NCBI RefSeq assembly: GCF_004010195.1
Contig: NC_057719.1
Coordinates: 17,532,165 to 17,596,164 of the forward strand
Length of the DNA stretch: 64,000 nt
Source of the DNA: Chiloscyllium plagiosum
Taxonomy: Eukaryota
Direction of reading: 5' to 3'
Shown: piece after piece, positions 50,330 through 63,879 of the stretch
How positions within the stretch are numbered: the stretch's first letter is position 1
How the letters are laid out: each line of letters begins with the position of its first letter
Notes under the pieces: model-generated
Told to the model about the DNA's origin: nothing
What the model saw: only the letters and a program-made list of their open reading frames with translations
Database searches by the model: none
Position numbers and translations under genes: made by a program

Positions 50330-51080
50330 GATGTGAATGGAGGTGACCTGGTGAAGAAAAAGATAAGGGAAAGTAAATTAATAAAGAATGCAGAGTCCAT
50401 GTCAATTAAAATATATAACGGGTCCATAACCTTTAAAGTTGCAAGATTTAAACAACAGTGCAGTGGTGAATTCCACTGTGCAACCAGTTTCACCATTCTA
50501 CATAATATTATGTTTTCCTTCTCTTTCTTTATTAAGTGGAGTTAAAGAACAGGCTGCATGCGACCACAGTTGCAAACAGGAAACCGCAGTGATCAAAACA
50601 CTATACGGTTCATTATCTGTGTTAAAAAAAAGGCTCGACACTTTCTGCATTGAGTTGCAAGAGAGAAAAAAAAGCAACTCCAGCAAATAATTATAATAAA
50701 AGTGTTTTGAACAGAACAGCGAAGAAGAGTACATTTAAACTAAAACGACTCAATTAACAGCATAAAGTATGGCAGTGTAGTGGCAAGCCCTCTCGGTGGC
50801 TAGGAGATAGAAAGGGATTATCTCAGCATGGAGCTAATGCAGCCTGCACCACAAACCACAGCAAGCTCTACGTTTGACTGACAGCCACCCGGCAAAGTTG
50901 ACAGAATCATTGGTGTACTGACTGCTGGCACAGGGGCTCCTCTCATCACTGTTGGAATAAATTGTTTTGCAAGAAGAGCTAGGGCAAGCAAAAGCTTGTC
51001 AGTGATAATCCAATTGATTTTTTTTTGCCCCTGCATTTTAATTTATATATTTGCTCTCATGGTCCATTTGTAAATAAGAA
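50330..51080. promoter_or_regulatory. Candidate conserved non-coding element block
   Basis: Repeat-free, with retained CpGs and homeodomain/MEIS-type words (CAATTAA, TGACAG, TGACTGACAG, GGATTA/TAATCC). Inference only. Confidence 0.35.
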
Positions 51081-51644
51081 AAAAAGACAATTCCATCGTT
51101 GTACACTCAGAGCAGGCTATAAGATGGATCCACTTGCTTTGCAGTCAGTGCACACATCTGAAACTGCCCCTGTACACACTAAACAAAATAGCCAAACAAT
51201 TTGCATGTTCTTCCAGAATTATCCTGACATTTTTTTATGCCTCCAAAACTTCATGCCATCACTCATTAAACTGTTTACCTACATACTTGGCTCGCTTTCA
51301 GTGAGTCTATCAGAAAAGCAGATTCAAATAGGAAACTAAGAACTGAAGTAGCACCAAACCACATAAAGCTGTTTGTTGGACCCTGCTGAAAGTGCCTGCA
51401 TGTGGAGAATTCTGTACTTTTGTTATTTGCAAAACGTTTCCTCCCATCCCCACTCCCTCAGCTTCCAAATGAACAGTTTTCCGGTTCACAAAACACATTT
51501 TGTCTCTCAGTATTGTTCAGAAGTGAGTTTTGTTTTTGTTTTTAAGGAACATCTTTAAGGAGGAAAAGCTGAGGCCTAGGCAGCTGAAGACACAGACACC
51601 AACACTGAAGTGATTTAAATTACATAATGTCATTAAAAAAAAAG

Positions 51645-51822
51645 TGGGTGGTATGGTGGCTTAGACGTTAGCACGGCCGCCTCACAGTGCCAGGGACCCA
51701 GGTTCGATTCTAACCTTGTGTGACAGTCTGTGTGAAGTTTTCATTTTCTCCCTTTGTCTACATGGGTTTCCTCAGGTGTTCTGGTTTCTTCCTAAAGTCC
51801 AAAGGTTAGATAGATTGGCCAT
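51645..51822 (+). mobile_element. V-SINE, diverged and 3'-truncated
   Basis: CCTCACAGTGCCAGGGACCCAGGTTCGATTC...ATGGGTTTCCTCAGGTG. Confidence 0.85.
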
Positions 51823-52200
51823 ACTGTAGTGTCCAGGAATGTGCAGTGGCAAGTGGCAATTTTCCCCACATTGGCAGCTAATCAATCAACAGCTACTGTT
51901 CTTGTTCCTGATCTCCTGCTGCCACCCATTCATTCAATACCATTCCCCCTTCATTTCTGTTTACTTTCTCGCTAGCCTCAGCCACTCACTTCTGGACGCC
52001 ATTGTATAACTCAAGAAAATTGTAGCAGTCTACTAGCAATATTAAAATCAGACAATCTCCTCTTAAAGAATGCCTGGCACTCCAAAATAATGCATATCCT
52101 CAACCAGACATAACATCCTACACTGTGCTAAAGTAATCATGTAAAGAAAGGCCATATGACTTTCCTATTGTTTTTCTGTGTGAACCATTTAATCTAAAAA

Positions 52201-52410
52201 GTTAAAAATCACACAACACCAGGTTATAGTCCAACAGGTTTAATTGGAAGCACACTAGCTTTCGGAGCGACGCTCCTTCATCAGGCGATTGTGGAGGGCT
52301 CAATCGTAACAGAATTTATAGCAAGAATTTGCAGTGTGATGTAACAGAAATTATACATTGAAAAATTGATTGTCTGTTAAGCCTTTCATCTGTTAGAATA
52401 CAGTGATCAT
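52201..52410 (-). mobile_element. PLE terminal repeat (second family)
   Basis: Minus strand CCTGATGAAGGAGCGTCGCTCCGAAAGCTAGTGTGCTTCCAATTAAACCTGTTGGACTATAACCTGGTGTTGTGTG. PLE assignment rests on the hammerhead and the fold-back copy, as no ORF is attached. Confidence 0.75.
52251..52287 (-). ncRNA. Minimal type I hammerhead ribozyme-like motif
   Basis: CGC-CTGATGA-A-GGAGC-GTC-GCTCC-GAAA-G-CTA-GTG. Stem II is a perfect 5 bp, AGCT at stem III is palindromic, the triplet is CUA, and helix I is CGC/GTG with one G-U pair. Confidence 0.7.
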
Positions 52411-52439
52411 GCCATCTAATCTAATGTGACTAAGACTTT

Positions 52440-53150
52440 AACACGTAGGAGCAGAATTGGGCCAGGAAGCCCATTGAATCTTCCCTTTATTCAATGAGAT
52501 TATAGTCTCAACCCCTCTCCCATCTTTTTCCTATAACCCTTGATTCCCTCAGTGATTGAAGAAAAACTATCTCAACCTTGAACATATTGAACAACTCAGC
52601 AACTACAGCCTGTGAAGAGCCCAGAGGTGCAGCCTGGTCCAGTCCCTGAGTCTCTGAGTACACAGTGTCCTTACTGCAGCATTACAATGAGAGTTGCCAG
52701 TGTAGCCTGAAGGGCAGCATTAAAGAGGAGGGGCATCCTGTCAGAGGATCAGAGATGTCCTCTATGATTACATCCTTTCGCCCTGGAATTTTGCACAGCA
52801 GAAACAACCTCTCTCCATCTACCCTGTTAAGGCCTCTAATATTTATATATTTTAATAAGGTCAACTCTCATTCTTCAAAACTCCAATGTGTGCAGCCCAA
52901 ACTACTGAAAATCTCATAAGCCAGTCCCTCCTTACACCTGGCATCAACCAAATAAACCTTCTCGAGACTGACTCCATTCCCTGTGCATCTTTGATAAAGA
53001 GGCCAAAACTGTTCACAGCATTCCAGGTGTACTCTCTATCATGTTTATTTGATGTAGTTTTAACAAGATCTCCCTATCTTCATACTCCATCCCCTTCGAA
53101 ACAAAGGCCAACATTCCCTTTACTTTCCTGTGAAACAATGTTTTAACAAT
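52440..53150 (-). mobile_element. Old CR1 3' fragment interrupted by a 147 bp foreign insert
   Basis: GTAGGAGCAGAATTGGGCC terminus; minus translation IRGLNRVDGERLFL. Confidence 0.7.
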
Positions 53151-53270
53151 AAGCAAGGCTGAAATAAACAAGAAAGGAATCGAGGGTTATAAGGAAAAGG
53201 CAGCAAAGTGGAGTTGATGATTATCGGGTCAGTTATGATTTCTTTGAATAGTGGGGCAAATATGAATGAC

Positions 53271-53535
53271 AGATTAGATTACCTACAGTGTGGAAACAGG
53301 CCCTTCAGCCCAACAAATCCCCACCACCCACACCCCTACGGGTAATTTAGCATGGCCAATTCACCTAACCTGCACATTTTTGGACTGTGGGAGGAAAACA
53401 GAACACCTGGAGGAAACCCACGCAGACACAGAGAGAATGTGCAAACTCCACAGAGTCAGTCGCCTGAGGCAGGAATTGAAACCAGGTCTCTGGCACTGTG
53501 AGGTAGCAGCGCTAACCACTATGCCACCGTGCAGC
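53271..53535 (-). mobile_element. HE1-like V-SINE
   Basis: Reverse-complement head, V core and (TTAGA) tail. Confidence 0.9.
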
Positions 53536-53539
53536 CCTT

Positions 53540-55071
53540 ACATCTGTTCGGCAAAGTTGGATAAAAATCTATCTCAATGTCATGATCTTGTTAAATGCCG
53601 TATTAATGCCACAACTCATCTCATTAATATTCAGCGTCTCATCTTACAAAACGTACTGAACAGTTTAAATGTGAGAAATCTCAAGATGGAAACCAAAGTG
53701 GGTGCCTGGCAACTTCAGCTCCTCACTTGCTCCAAAAGACCTCCATATTGGACACCAGGCACCTACATCTCAGGATGCACACCTGGCACTGGCCACATGC
53801 ATTCCACCTCCATTGACATGTGCCCGTCTCTAAAGATTCTCATGAGACATCTCTGATCCTCTGACAGGATGCCCCTCCTCTTCAATACTGCACCTCAGGC
53901 TATACTGGCAGCTCTCATTGTAATGCTGCAGTAAGGACATTGTGTACTCAGGGACACAGGGACTGGACCAGACTGCACCTCTGGGCTCTTCATGTGCTGA
54001 TATAGCACTCATTCAGTCTGAGCCTACCTGGATGTTCACAGCATCCATGCTTTGTCTGACCTTTGCATGCTTTTCCCCCATCTAGGGACATCAGGCTCAC
54101 ATGACTTCTGCCTTGTCCTGTCTTATCATTTAGTGCGGACGCGTAAGCAGGAACCTTGTCATGGCTGTCAGCACACCTCCAATAGCAGTTCAATGGCTTG
54201 GACACACTCAGCAGTTTGGGGTGGTCACTCAGGATGGTCTCCACATAAAAGGTGAGGAGTCAAATATTGGGCAGCCTACCACCACATTGAATCTTTCTGA
54301 CATAATGGGGCTGTTTTTCTCCTGGAATCAGAGAAGCTGGTGTTACGGCTGATGGGATTAGGTGGGACAGCTATTATTTTTGGTATACATGGGCAGTTAT
54401 CTCAAGTGAATGAGTAGGCGGTGCACAGGCCTGCACAGCTGGTCTTGGGGAATGGCTGAAGTCTGTACCATGCCATCCAGCAGGATCGCCAGAACTCTGA
54501 CCCTGCAAAGTCAGACAACTTGCCCCCATCTGCTATGCCTTGGGCAAATTCAGGGATGCTGGAGACTGACAGTGTTCATCCTGGTATACAATAAACCTTT
54601 CAGGATGGCATGGGCACAAGGAATCCTGGTCTTTGGTCAAATATTGTGTGAGTGGCAAGTTGTTAAGGTGGGGGGTTGGTTAGCACACTTGGCTGGCTAG
54701 CCAGTTTGTAAAGCACAGTGATGCCGACAGCAAAAGTTCAGTTTCCCCCATCAGCTGATGTTACCGTGACACACCCTCCTCCTCAGCTTCTCCCCTCACC
54801 TGAGGTGTGGTGACCCACAGGTTAAACCACCACCTGTCATGTCTCTCTCTAATGAGAGATCAATTTTATGGTTTGGTGAGACTGTGGTAATGGTACTTTG
54901 CTAAGGTAGGGTCGGGATAGGACGTGAGGGACATCTTTGAGGCAGGGTAGGTAGTTAATGAGGCCTTTTTATAAGATGTGGCGAGAAATCTCACTGGGCC
55001 TCACCGCAATAATCTCTCCAAAAAACCCAACGCAACTCACATTGAGAGAAAAAACCCCGAAGATTCAGTCC
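53540..55071. mobile_element. Probable non-autonomous Harbinger-family remnant
   Basis: The right end AGATTCAGTCC (55061-71) is a near reverse complement of GGGCTGAATCT at 3824. It shares subterminal AACTCATCTCATTAA (~53613) with ~3923. Confidence 0.45.
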
Positions 55072-56189
55072 TATGTTACCATCAGAAAAACCACTGTGTC
55101 TCATTAATATCATTTAGTAATAAAAAAACTGCCTGCCTAAACTAACCCCTCTCCTTATTACATGTAATTCCAGATCTACAGCAAGGTGGTTGACTCTTAA
55201 CTGCCCTCTGAAATAGTCTAGCAAGCCAATCAGTTCAAAGGCAATTAGGAATGATCAACAAATACTGGTTTTGTCAGGTGATGCCCACATTTCATTCATT
55301 AATTAAAAAAAAATAAATCCCTGGTGAATTCATAACATTCTTCCAGTCCTGTTGGGACTTCCCTTTACTCCTGTTCTTTGCCTTCTGGTCTTTGATTGTC
55401 CCTCGACTGATTCCCCTCAATTGAATGTTCCATTCTGTCTGCTGTATTTATCTTATTAGAGCACATCAGCATAGAGGTAAAGTATTTGACCAGAGGTTTG
55501 CACACATTATTCTGAAGATGGGAGGTAAAATTCCACTGAAGCAGTCTGCAAATTTGAATTTGGTTTTAAATATCAATCTGAAACGGAAAGAGAGTACCAT
55601 GAAGCAGTTTAATGATTATTAAAAACCCAACCTGTTCTCTGACATCCTTTGTAGTGGGGAAACTTCACAACCTTCCTCAGATTGGTCGATGTGCAATCCA
55701 GATACAAGCCAAGGTCGTTCCTTTTACAGCCCTGAATCAAACAACTTACCACTTCTGTCTGCTCTGGATCTGTGCAAAGGAATTTGTATTAAAAATCCAT
55801 TCTTCCATCCCAGTTTCCAAATGATAATGTTATAATTTTACATCACACAAGTGGCAGGAATATCTGGCATTCACAAAACAAAAAAAAATCTATGTCACTA
55901 CAGCGTAGCTGCTGACAAAACAGTTGAGCTCATTAACATTCAAAATGGTGATGGACAAATCATGGTCTGTTTTGATTTTTAGACTCATTTACTTTGAAAA
56001 GTTTCAACACTGGGAGTGATTATGGAAACATTCCATAATACCGATGCTTTCCTTAAGTCTGTTTAAAATGCTGATTAACATTAGCATTTCTGTGCCACAG
56101 TGGATATTTTTTGAAATTTTTGCATCCGAAAATATTCTACTCTTCTGTAACTGTAGCTAGTTTATCTTCTCCTGCTCCCCCCAATATCC

Positions 56190-56900
56190 AACATTAACAG
56201 CGGACAGATAGTTTGGACCAGTTGGATTTGCCCTCCTTTTTGTGTACTGGTATACATAGAAAATTATTTCCATTGTTGGTCGATGCTATTGTGGTAACTG
56301 CACTGGAACACTTTGGCTGGAAGTGTAGTAAGTTCCAGAGTACACATTTTTGTGTATGATTGCGAAATGTTGTCAATACCCATAGTCTTTGCAGTACCCG
56401 ATGCCTCCAACAGTTTCTTGATATCACACAGAGTAAATCAAGCTGACTGAGGTCAGGCATCTGTAATGTTGGGGACCACAGGAGACAGCAAAGATGGAAT
56501 ATCCACTTCGCACTTCTGACTGAAACGGATGCAAATGCTTCAGTCTTGTCTTTTGTGCTGTTGGTCTGGGCTTCTCCCATTGTTGAGGATTGGGATATTT
56601 ATGGAGCATCCACCTCCTGTTAGTTGTCACCTAAACACAGTACATTTTGGGTCCTTGCTATCTTTGGTGCTTCTTTGAAGTGGGATTTGACATGGAGGAG
56701 CAATGATTCATCAGCCAGTGTGGGGATAAGTAATCAGTAGGAAGCTTCCATGCCCACGTTTGACCTGATGCCACAAGATTTCTACAGGTCTGGAGTCATT
56801 GTTGACAGCACCCATGGCAAGTCCCTCCCAACCGTAAATCATTGAAGCACCACCTCTGGTGGGTCTATCTTGCCAGTTGGACAGGACATACCCAGAAAGG
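56190..56900 (-). mobile_element. Decayed LINE ORF2 (EN-RT linker) fragments
   Basis: Minus translations include STKDKTEAFASV and NWQDRPTRGGASMIYGWEG...EILWHQVKRGHGSFLLITY, an APE endonuclease-like segment. Confidence 0.65.
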
Positions 56901-57321
56901 GTGAAGGGGCAAAAACAGAGGCCATTCAGCCCCTTTAGCCTGTTCCAGCATTCATAAAGCCAATCTGTTTGAGGCCCCAACTCCAAATTGCCATCTACCG
57001 TTGATAACCTATGATTCTCTTGTTAGTCGGGAACCTATCCATTTCCACTCAATGACTTTGCCTCCCCAACTCTCTGGTGAAGAACATTCCACAGACTTGC
57101 AACCTTCAGAGAAAAAATAAATTCTCCCCATCTCCATCTTTATTTGTGAACGCTCTCCCTTGGTGCTGCTGGTTGAATGATAACTGTTACTGTGGCAAAG
57201 CTATCAAGACTGTGATGGAATGCAAGTTTTCTCTATTCTGCCTAATAGCATACCCTTTTGAAGAATTAGATTTTTACCAGATCTCTTGAAGTTTGCAAGC
57301 CAGGAAATGTTCATCAACGTT

Positions 57322-57619
57322 TGGGGTGGCATGGTGGCTCAGTGGTTAGCACTCCTACCTCAACACCAGGGTCCCAGGTTCAATTCCATCTTCAGGTGAC
57401 TGTCTGTCTGTGTGGAGTTTGTACATTCTCCCTGTGTCTGTGTGGGTTTGCTCCAATTTACTCCCACGGTTCAAAGATGTGCAGGTCTGGTGAATTGGCC
57501 ATTCTATTGCCCATAGTGTTAGGTGCATTAGTCAGAGGGGGGTGGGTTGCTCCCTGGAGAGTCAGTGTGGATTTGTTGGGCCGAAGGGCCTGTTTCCACA
57601 CTGTAGGGAATCTAATCTA
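57322..57619 (+). mobile_element. HE1-like V-SINE
   Basis: GGGGTGGCATGGTGGCTCAGTGGTTAGCAC head...GGGCCTGTTTCCACACTGTAGGGAATCTAATCT tail. Confidence 0.92.
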
Positions 57620-59965
57620 AAAAAAAAGTGATTTTGGAAGTCCCAATAGTACTTCAGTCAAAAATGTGTTTGAAAATAAAAAGAAATTTTGCAACCTTTG
57701 CTCGCTGTTTTTGTTGTTTCCTGCATAAGAAAGGCAGACAAAAGACAATCCTATAGGATAAAGATTTACTTTCTGGGCTGAAACTCAGAAAGACGCTTGA
57801 CATATGTGGGATGAAGCAGTTACCAATGGTTACAACATTTCAAATGACATATAATTTGCATATCATTTCCAGCAGTCTTACCTGAATCAGTTCCAGTCAT
57901 CTGACACAAACAAGATGAAGGCTTGAGTGCTTCTACAGCTCTAGCAGAGCTGTCACTCAAAGGAGGGACACCATTCAGTCACAGCTGCTTTACAGCAACA
58001 CAACCTTGAGACTTTCACCTAATTACATCCCATTTCTGTGGGCGCAGGTCCAATATTTATGATGGCGTTACTACTGAGTAATGTGTAATGTCTCGCAGTT
58101 AGTATGTCCGTATATCTTTAAGAGATGTGATTGTGAATTCATCACTGCATCATATCATGTTCGCTAAGGATGTAAAGACTCTCAGACTCCATCTTAACCT
58201 GGGACACTTGAAGCATAACATGCTGTTGGATGCCTATGACTCTGTGTGATTTTCTTTCTGACCATTCACCATCAGGACTGACAGCAGGTAAAGTGACAGA
58301 GGAACAGGGATGAAAGGTTTATTTAGTGGAGTGCTTGAAGCCAAGGGGGGAGTGTTGGCAGTTTTGGGCACTTGGCACTCTTGCTGTGGTCTCTCAGTTT
58401 CAGGGTCTAGCCCCATGATTCTGCATCAACATTCTCCTCTGCTCTTAGTGAAGCAACCAGAGGCCTGTTCGCTATCCTACCCATGGGTTTCCAGTAACAT
58501 TCAGATAAAAAGCAAACCAGAAAAGAATTTCCCCAGGGTAAGAGACATAAGTGGCACAACACCACCAATTAATTGAAAAAAAATACCACTTAGATGATGC
58601 CACGAGTAGGCCATTCAGCCCATCAAGCCTGTTCTGCAATTTAGTAAGATCATGACTGATCTGATTTCTTCACATTTAGCCCTTCCTTCTCATCTTGACT
58701 ATTGATGTGAAGCTGTATTATTACTTGCCCATGTTATTGCTGTGCTATGATTTCCAATTTATGATGTAATCAACACTACTCACTTGGAAGAGCTGCCCAC
58801 TGATTGACCAGAAATATCTATTTTTAAGCCCATCATGAATATTGCAGTGTTTTCCTTTCAATTAAAAAGTGTCATTTGTTTAATATTTACCAACTTATTT
58901 CAACTTATTTAAGGCATTGCAGGCATGAGGCTGTATTTTAATCTGCAAATTGTTTTTCCAAGCAAGAAATATCTGAAGGAACATAACTCTGGCCTTAACA
59001 TTGTTTCCTGTAGGAAACAATGATTCACTTAAAGTTTTTTCACTTAAAGTAGCGATTTTCAAGAATGCAGCTACAAATTTAAGTGAGGACTTACTGTAGG
59101 GTAAGAGGAGATTTGAGTGAATGATAAATATTGATATAAACCACTTGGGCTAAATGACATTCTCTTTTCATTAATAACACTAAATGGGGCTGTATCTGAG
59201 GTAACCTGATGTAACTGAGGCAGTAAGCTAGGCACTGGGGATTCACCGTCCGAGAGAGGAAACGTAATATTTTCAATGGTAGCAAGAGCAAGAGGGCAGG
59301 ATGTGTCAATCTTAAACACAACATTGAGGGCAAGATATGCACAGTGTTACAGGTGAACCACAGGGGAATTGCATAAGGGTGTACTACATGTTGAGTAACA
59401 AATGGGCAGCCCTCACGGTCAAAGAGCCCAATCACAAGGTGGTGTCCACCATAAGCATGAAGCTCAGCAACCCACAAAGCACTTTGTCATAGCAGTTCAA
59501 TCATGATCAGTACTTACAATACACCAATTCTAATCCCCATCTCCACCTTGAGTGAAATCATGTCCTTCCAGACAACATGTAAGCTAATATTTCTGTTCCT
59601 GCTAGACAGCACAATAACAGGTGTGCACGAAACATCTGTGGGTTACAACACAGTCACGTCAAATAAGATTCAGATTCCCCTGGAAGTACTAGGCAGGTTG
59701 GATCATTCATAAGTCAGAAATCTCCCCCTTCCTCTCATTCCCACCACCACATGCATTTGGAGTAACCACAAGATGATAAGAAATGAACTAACTTTGAAAG
59801 CTAACAGAGTCTTTGTTCCATTTGCTTGGGCTCACAGCCAAACCCATTGAAAGGATCCAACCTGATTTTCCATGAGAAATTGTATCACACTAAACTGGAC
59901 AGTGGATTTTTTCCTGCTCCAGCCAAACAGGAGCAGAGCTACCAAACTGCCCCATCAGTGAAAGC

Positions 59966-60112
59966 ACATAGAGTCATAGAGATGTACAGCACGGAAACAG
60001 ACCCTTCGGTCCAACCCGTCCATGCCGACCAGATATTCCAACCCAATCTAGTCCCACCTGCCAGCACCCGGCCCATATCCCTCCAAACCCTTCCTATTCA
60101 TCCAAATGCCTC
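59966..60112 (-). mobile_element. CR1 3' end
   Basis: CATAGAGTCATAGAGATGTACAGCACGGAAACAGACCCTTCGGTCC. Confidence 0.88.
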
Positions 60113-63100
60113 TCCAATGTTTAAAATATCAATGGCTCCAACTTACCAGTCCTACAAGTACATCACAAAATATACAGTGTTTTTTTAACAGGAATCTGTA
60201 TATATTACTTTTGTCACACACGCATTACTTATCATGGGATCTAATTACTTTACAAGGACTTTGAAAGTATCATCTATAACACTTACCCACACTTTTGTCT
60301 GTGTTTCATGATGTCCTGAACAAAAATGAATCCAAGTGTCTCAAGTAAAAAATAAGATGCTTTGTAACAGCATGAAGCACATTTTCATATTGACGCAGAT
60401 GAATCATCCACTCTCCAAAAATGCAGACATTCCTTAAACAAAAGGAGGTCATTCTCTTAGCACATTGGAAGTCTGAGACCCACAGAAGGACGACAACATT
60501 CCTGGTCGAATATCCACAGGGCTAAAGATTATTATAGCTTGAAGGTGAATGAGGATAAGACATAGGGATGGGTCCTCATTACACATACTGTGTTAATGAG
60601 AAAAGGGGTAAAAATCAATGTTGTAGAACTGTTGTAGGCCTATTGATGCCTACACAAGTCCAACTCCATATTGACATCAGGTGAGTGGCCACCACAAAAA
60701 TGTGGGAATTTTTTGAACGTGTGTAGCCGAGAGGTGCTCACAAAGTCTGCTGTATGCCCTTAATTGCCTCCATCTTGTTCTAATTGCCCCTACATAACAC
60801 CCTTGGATTTAGCAACGGACAAGACATCAGCCTATATTAGATGAAGCAATCAGGCAAGATGCCCCTGGAGGTAGGTCAGATGACAGCAGCTCAATTCTCT
60901 TTGTAAAATAAGGCCTAATGTTGACTGAGCCTCAGACTTCACCTACAATCTATTTTTGGCCAAAATTAGTTCGATTCCCTGTGATTTTTTTTGCCAACCA
61001 CCAAGAATCAGATGGCTGGTTAGTTTTGCTAAGGATTTGGAATTAATTAAGATCTTTATTATAACTGATAAGATATTCCCCAAATTAGCAATTCATTTGA
61101 ATAGAGCCACACAAATATGGCCTTTGATCACTTCCAAAGAGATTGATGAGGGCATTTTTGGCTCTATACTAGAAGTGATATCAAACACCATAGAGCCAAA
61201 TGGAAAAGCTGCCACCACATCCATAAGGTAAGTGGGTGGACAATCTGAATCCAAAATGGACAGCTCTCATGCTATTGTAGAAGAAATCAAATGGTGATAA
61301 CCCATAGTCTCACCGCAGCCTGACACATTCCCAATCTTGGCCGCAGCACTTCAGGAGATGAAAGTTTTACACATCAGCAAAGAGAGAGAGGGGAACAAGT
61401 TCAAAGAGCTTCCCCTTGGTCATGTGACCAAAAAGAAAGGATTTGTTGGGGGGAGGTGCATGGGGGTGAGAGAATAATAATGAACACTGTTCAATCATAA
61501 ATCTCAGCCAACTCAAGTAGAAATGAAATACCAGCATTCCCCAGCCCTCACTTAGTCACTCTTCTCTAACCCTGTGTTTCAAGGTTCACAACTCAAAGCT
61601 GATGCTCCACTGCATAACTGAGGATGTGTTGCGCTATCATAACTACTGTCTTTCTGATGAGATGTTAAACGGAGGCCAAATCTGAGGCTTAGCACAGTTA
61701 GATGACAAAATAAAATCCCATGATCCTATTTTGTTGAAGAGGAGGGAGTTGTCACTTTTAGCTGTGGGGTCAGGCTAGAGTGGTGGTGTTGGAGGGGGTG
61801 GTTTGGTGACAGTGCATTGTTTGTCTTCAGAAAAAATTGCGTACTCCACTATCCTCTTCAAATTAGTATTCCAGTCAACAAGTCGTCATTGCCTATAGTT
61901 CGTAAATCTTCAGCCCCTAGCACCCTACCCAGATTAACTAAAGGACAAGGACACAGTGTAGGGAGAAACGTGCAAGAGAAGGAAGTGGGGATTAAAACAT
62001 TTGCATTATTATTGAAATCAGTTTTATCTTAGATACGCAGTGTATTTTGTTAAAAAACATACTGATATGATGCACAAATCACAAAAGTAGTAAGTACTAA
62101 AATGACAAAAAAAGTGCTCAAAGAGTTAACCATTAGCCTCAAAAATAGTGATTAGAAATAAATGATTTAATGTGTGGGATCACTTCATGTTGATGCTGTT
62201 GAATTAAATCTTCACTGTGAACTCCAGCACTGATGTAATGCCATGAATAACTGACCAGCGCAAATTAACTCAGTCATTCTACACTACTTATTATTCATCA
62301 CTTCCTTCCAATAAAAAAAAAGGCCAATTTAGTTGTCAGGAATTTTCTCAGACCTGTAGTGTTTCACAGGGAATTTAATCTAGAGGAACTGCAGATAGTT
62401 GGTTGCTTAGACCAGCCTGCCCAGGGAACCTCTTTCCATTGCTTTCTGTCACACACAGCTTGAGGCTATATAGGCAGGTTGTATAGGCTTGACCCAAGAA
62501 GGTCAGCGGTTGTGAAGAATTTGAAGACCTGACATCTGCTGCCAGGCTTTCAGTGAAACCCTCACTCCTGTCAGCCCAAACAGAGACCGGTGTAAAATAA
62601 TCCCCCCCAGCAAGGAACCTAGACTACAGTGAAAAGACTAAATGGGTCTCCTTTTTTGTCTGAGTGTCCAGCCTTGTCTGTCCCCTTCACCAGACAGGAT
62701 AGAGTTCAGGCTACAATACAAACACAGCCCATATTCTCATGCCACAGTAGCATAACTCTCTCATCTTTCATTCAAATCGTGGACACCAGAGAAAGGGGTA
62801 AGGGAATCATTCACTCCCCCCACCCCCGCCCTTTTCAAAAATCTTACTAGCATTGACCAAAGTTTTTTTCTAAAAATCACTTTTTTGTTTAAAAGATTGT
62901 AAAACAAAACGACCTTTACTGATAAAATAAAAATGATTTTGACAGTCCTGCTGTATTTTTTAAACTAACCATTTCCCTTGAATGTATGATTTCTCAATTT
63001 TTTTTTGCAAAAATCAAGAAGAAATATTATTTAAAACATCAGCAGAGATTGAGCCTCTTGGTTAATAAAAACAATTTTGTCAACTCCTAATTAATGCACA

Positions 63101-63540
63101 TTAAAAAAAAAATCTCATTTATCAACAGATCATGCTCACTTCCCACAGTCTATCCCAGGAACACTTCCTTCACAGCAACAACTGAATAGTAGAATCTGGT
63201 CCCATGATCCACTGGGACACTTTGGTTCTTAGTAATGAGGACACACACATTGTTGCTTAAGACACCAGCTTCAGTGCTTTTCACATCTGAGGTTATGTGA
63301 TTCAGTCCAGGACAGGAGAAGGGAAGTAAATACCTCAGCCTGGTGAAGACTTACAGACAAAACAGCGACTGGATACATAAGTCCACACAAAGCCTGCTTA
63401 CAGAGCACACCACTGTTCACTAATACAGTCAGATTTATACCCGCATGCTGAGCTTTTCCAGTTTGGGTCAGCTCAATCTACTGAAAATCTCACCTTTTGA
63501 ATCCCAATCAGTTCTGAACCAATCAACCATTTTTCTCTCA

Positions 63541-63879
63541 AGGAGAGTGTGAGGGCTGCAGATGCTGGAGATCAGAGCTGAAAATGTGATGCTGGAAAAG
63601 CACAGCAGGTCAGGCAGCATCCAAGGAACAGGAGAATCAACGTTTCGGGCATAAGCCCTTATTTCTCCTCCCCCCACCTTGTCTCAGTCAAATCCCTCAA
63701 ACTCAGCACCGCCTTCCTAACCTGCAATCTTCTTCCTGACCTCTCCGCCCCCACCCCACTCCGGCCTATCATCCTCACCTTGACCTCCTTCCACCTATCG
63801 CATTTCCAACGTCCCTCCCCCAAGTCCCTCCTCCCTACCTTTTATCTTAGCCTGCTGGACACACTTTCCTCATTCCTGA
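63541..63879. mobile_element. PLE terminal-repeat composite (same family as 7114-7503), inverted junction at ~63660
   Basis: 63541-63660 is the reverse complement of 7384-7503. 63838-63879 matches 7338-7380 directly. Confidence 0.85.

Noticed and set aside
53290..53856. 188 aa ORF, and similar ORFs at 2884, 36681 and 41435
   Set aside because: They are antisense translations of HE1 SINEs (recurrent DCGRKPEH.EETHADT), not host genes.
52613..53992. Inverted 147 bp pair as TIRs of a DNA transposon
   Set aside because: The CR1 continues across the left copy into the interior, and no TSD flanks the pair.
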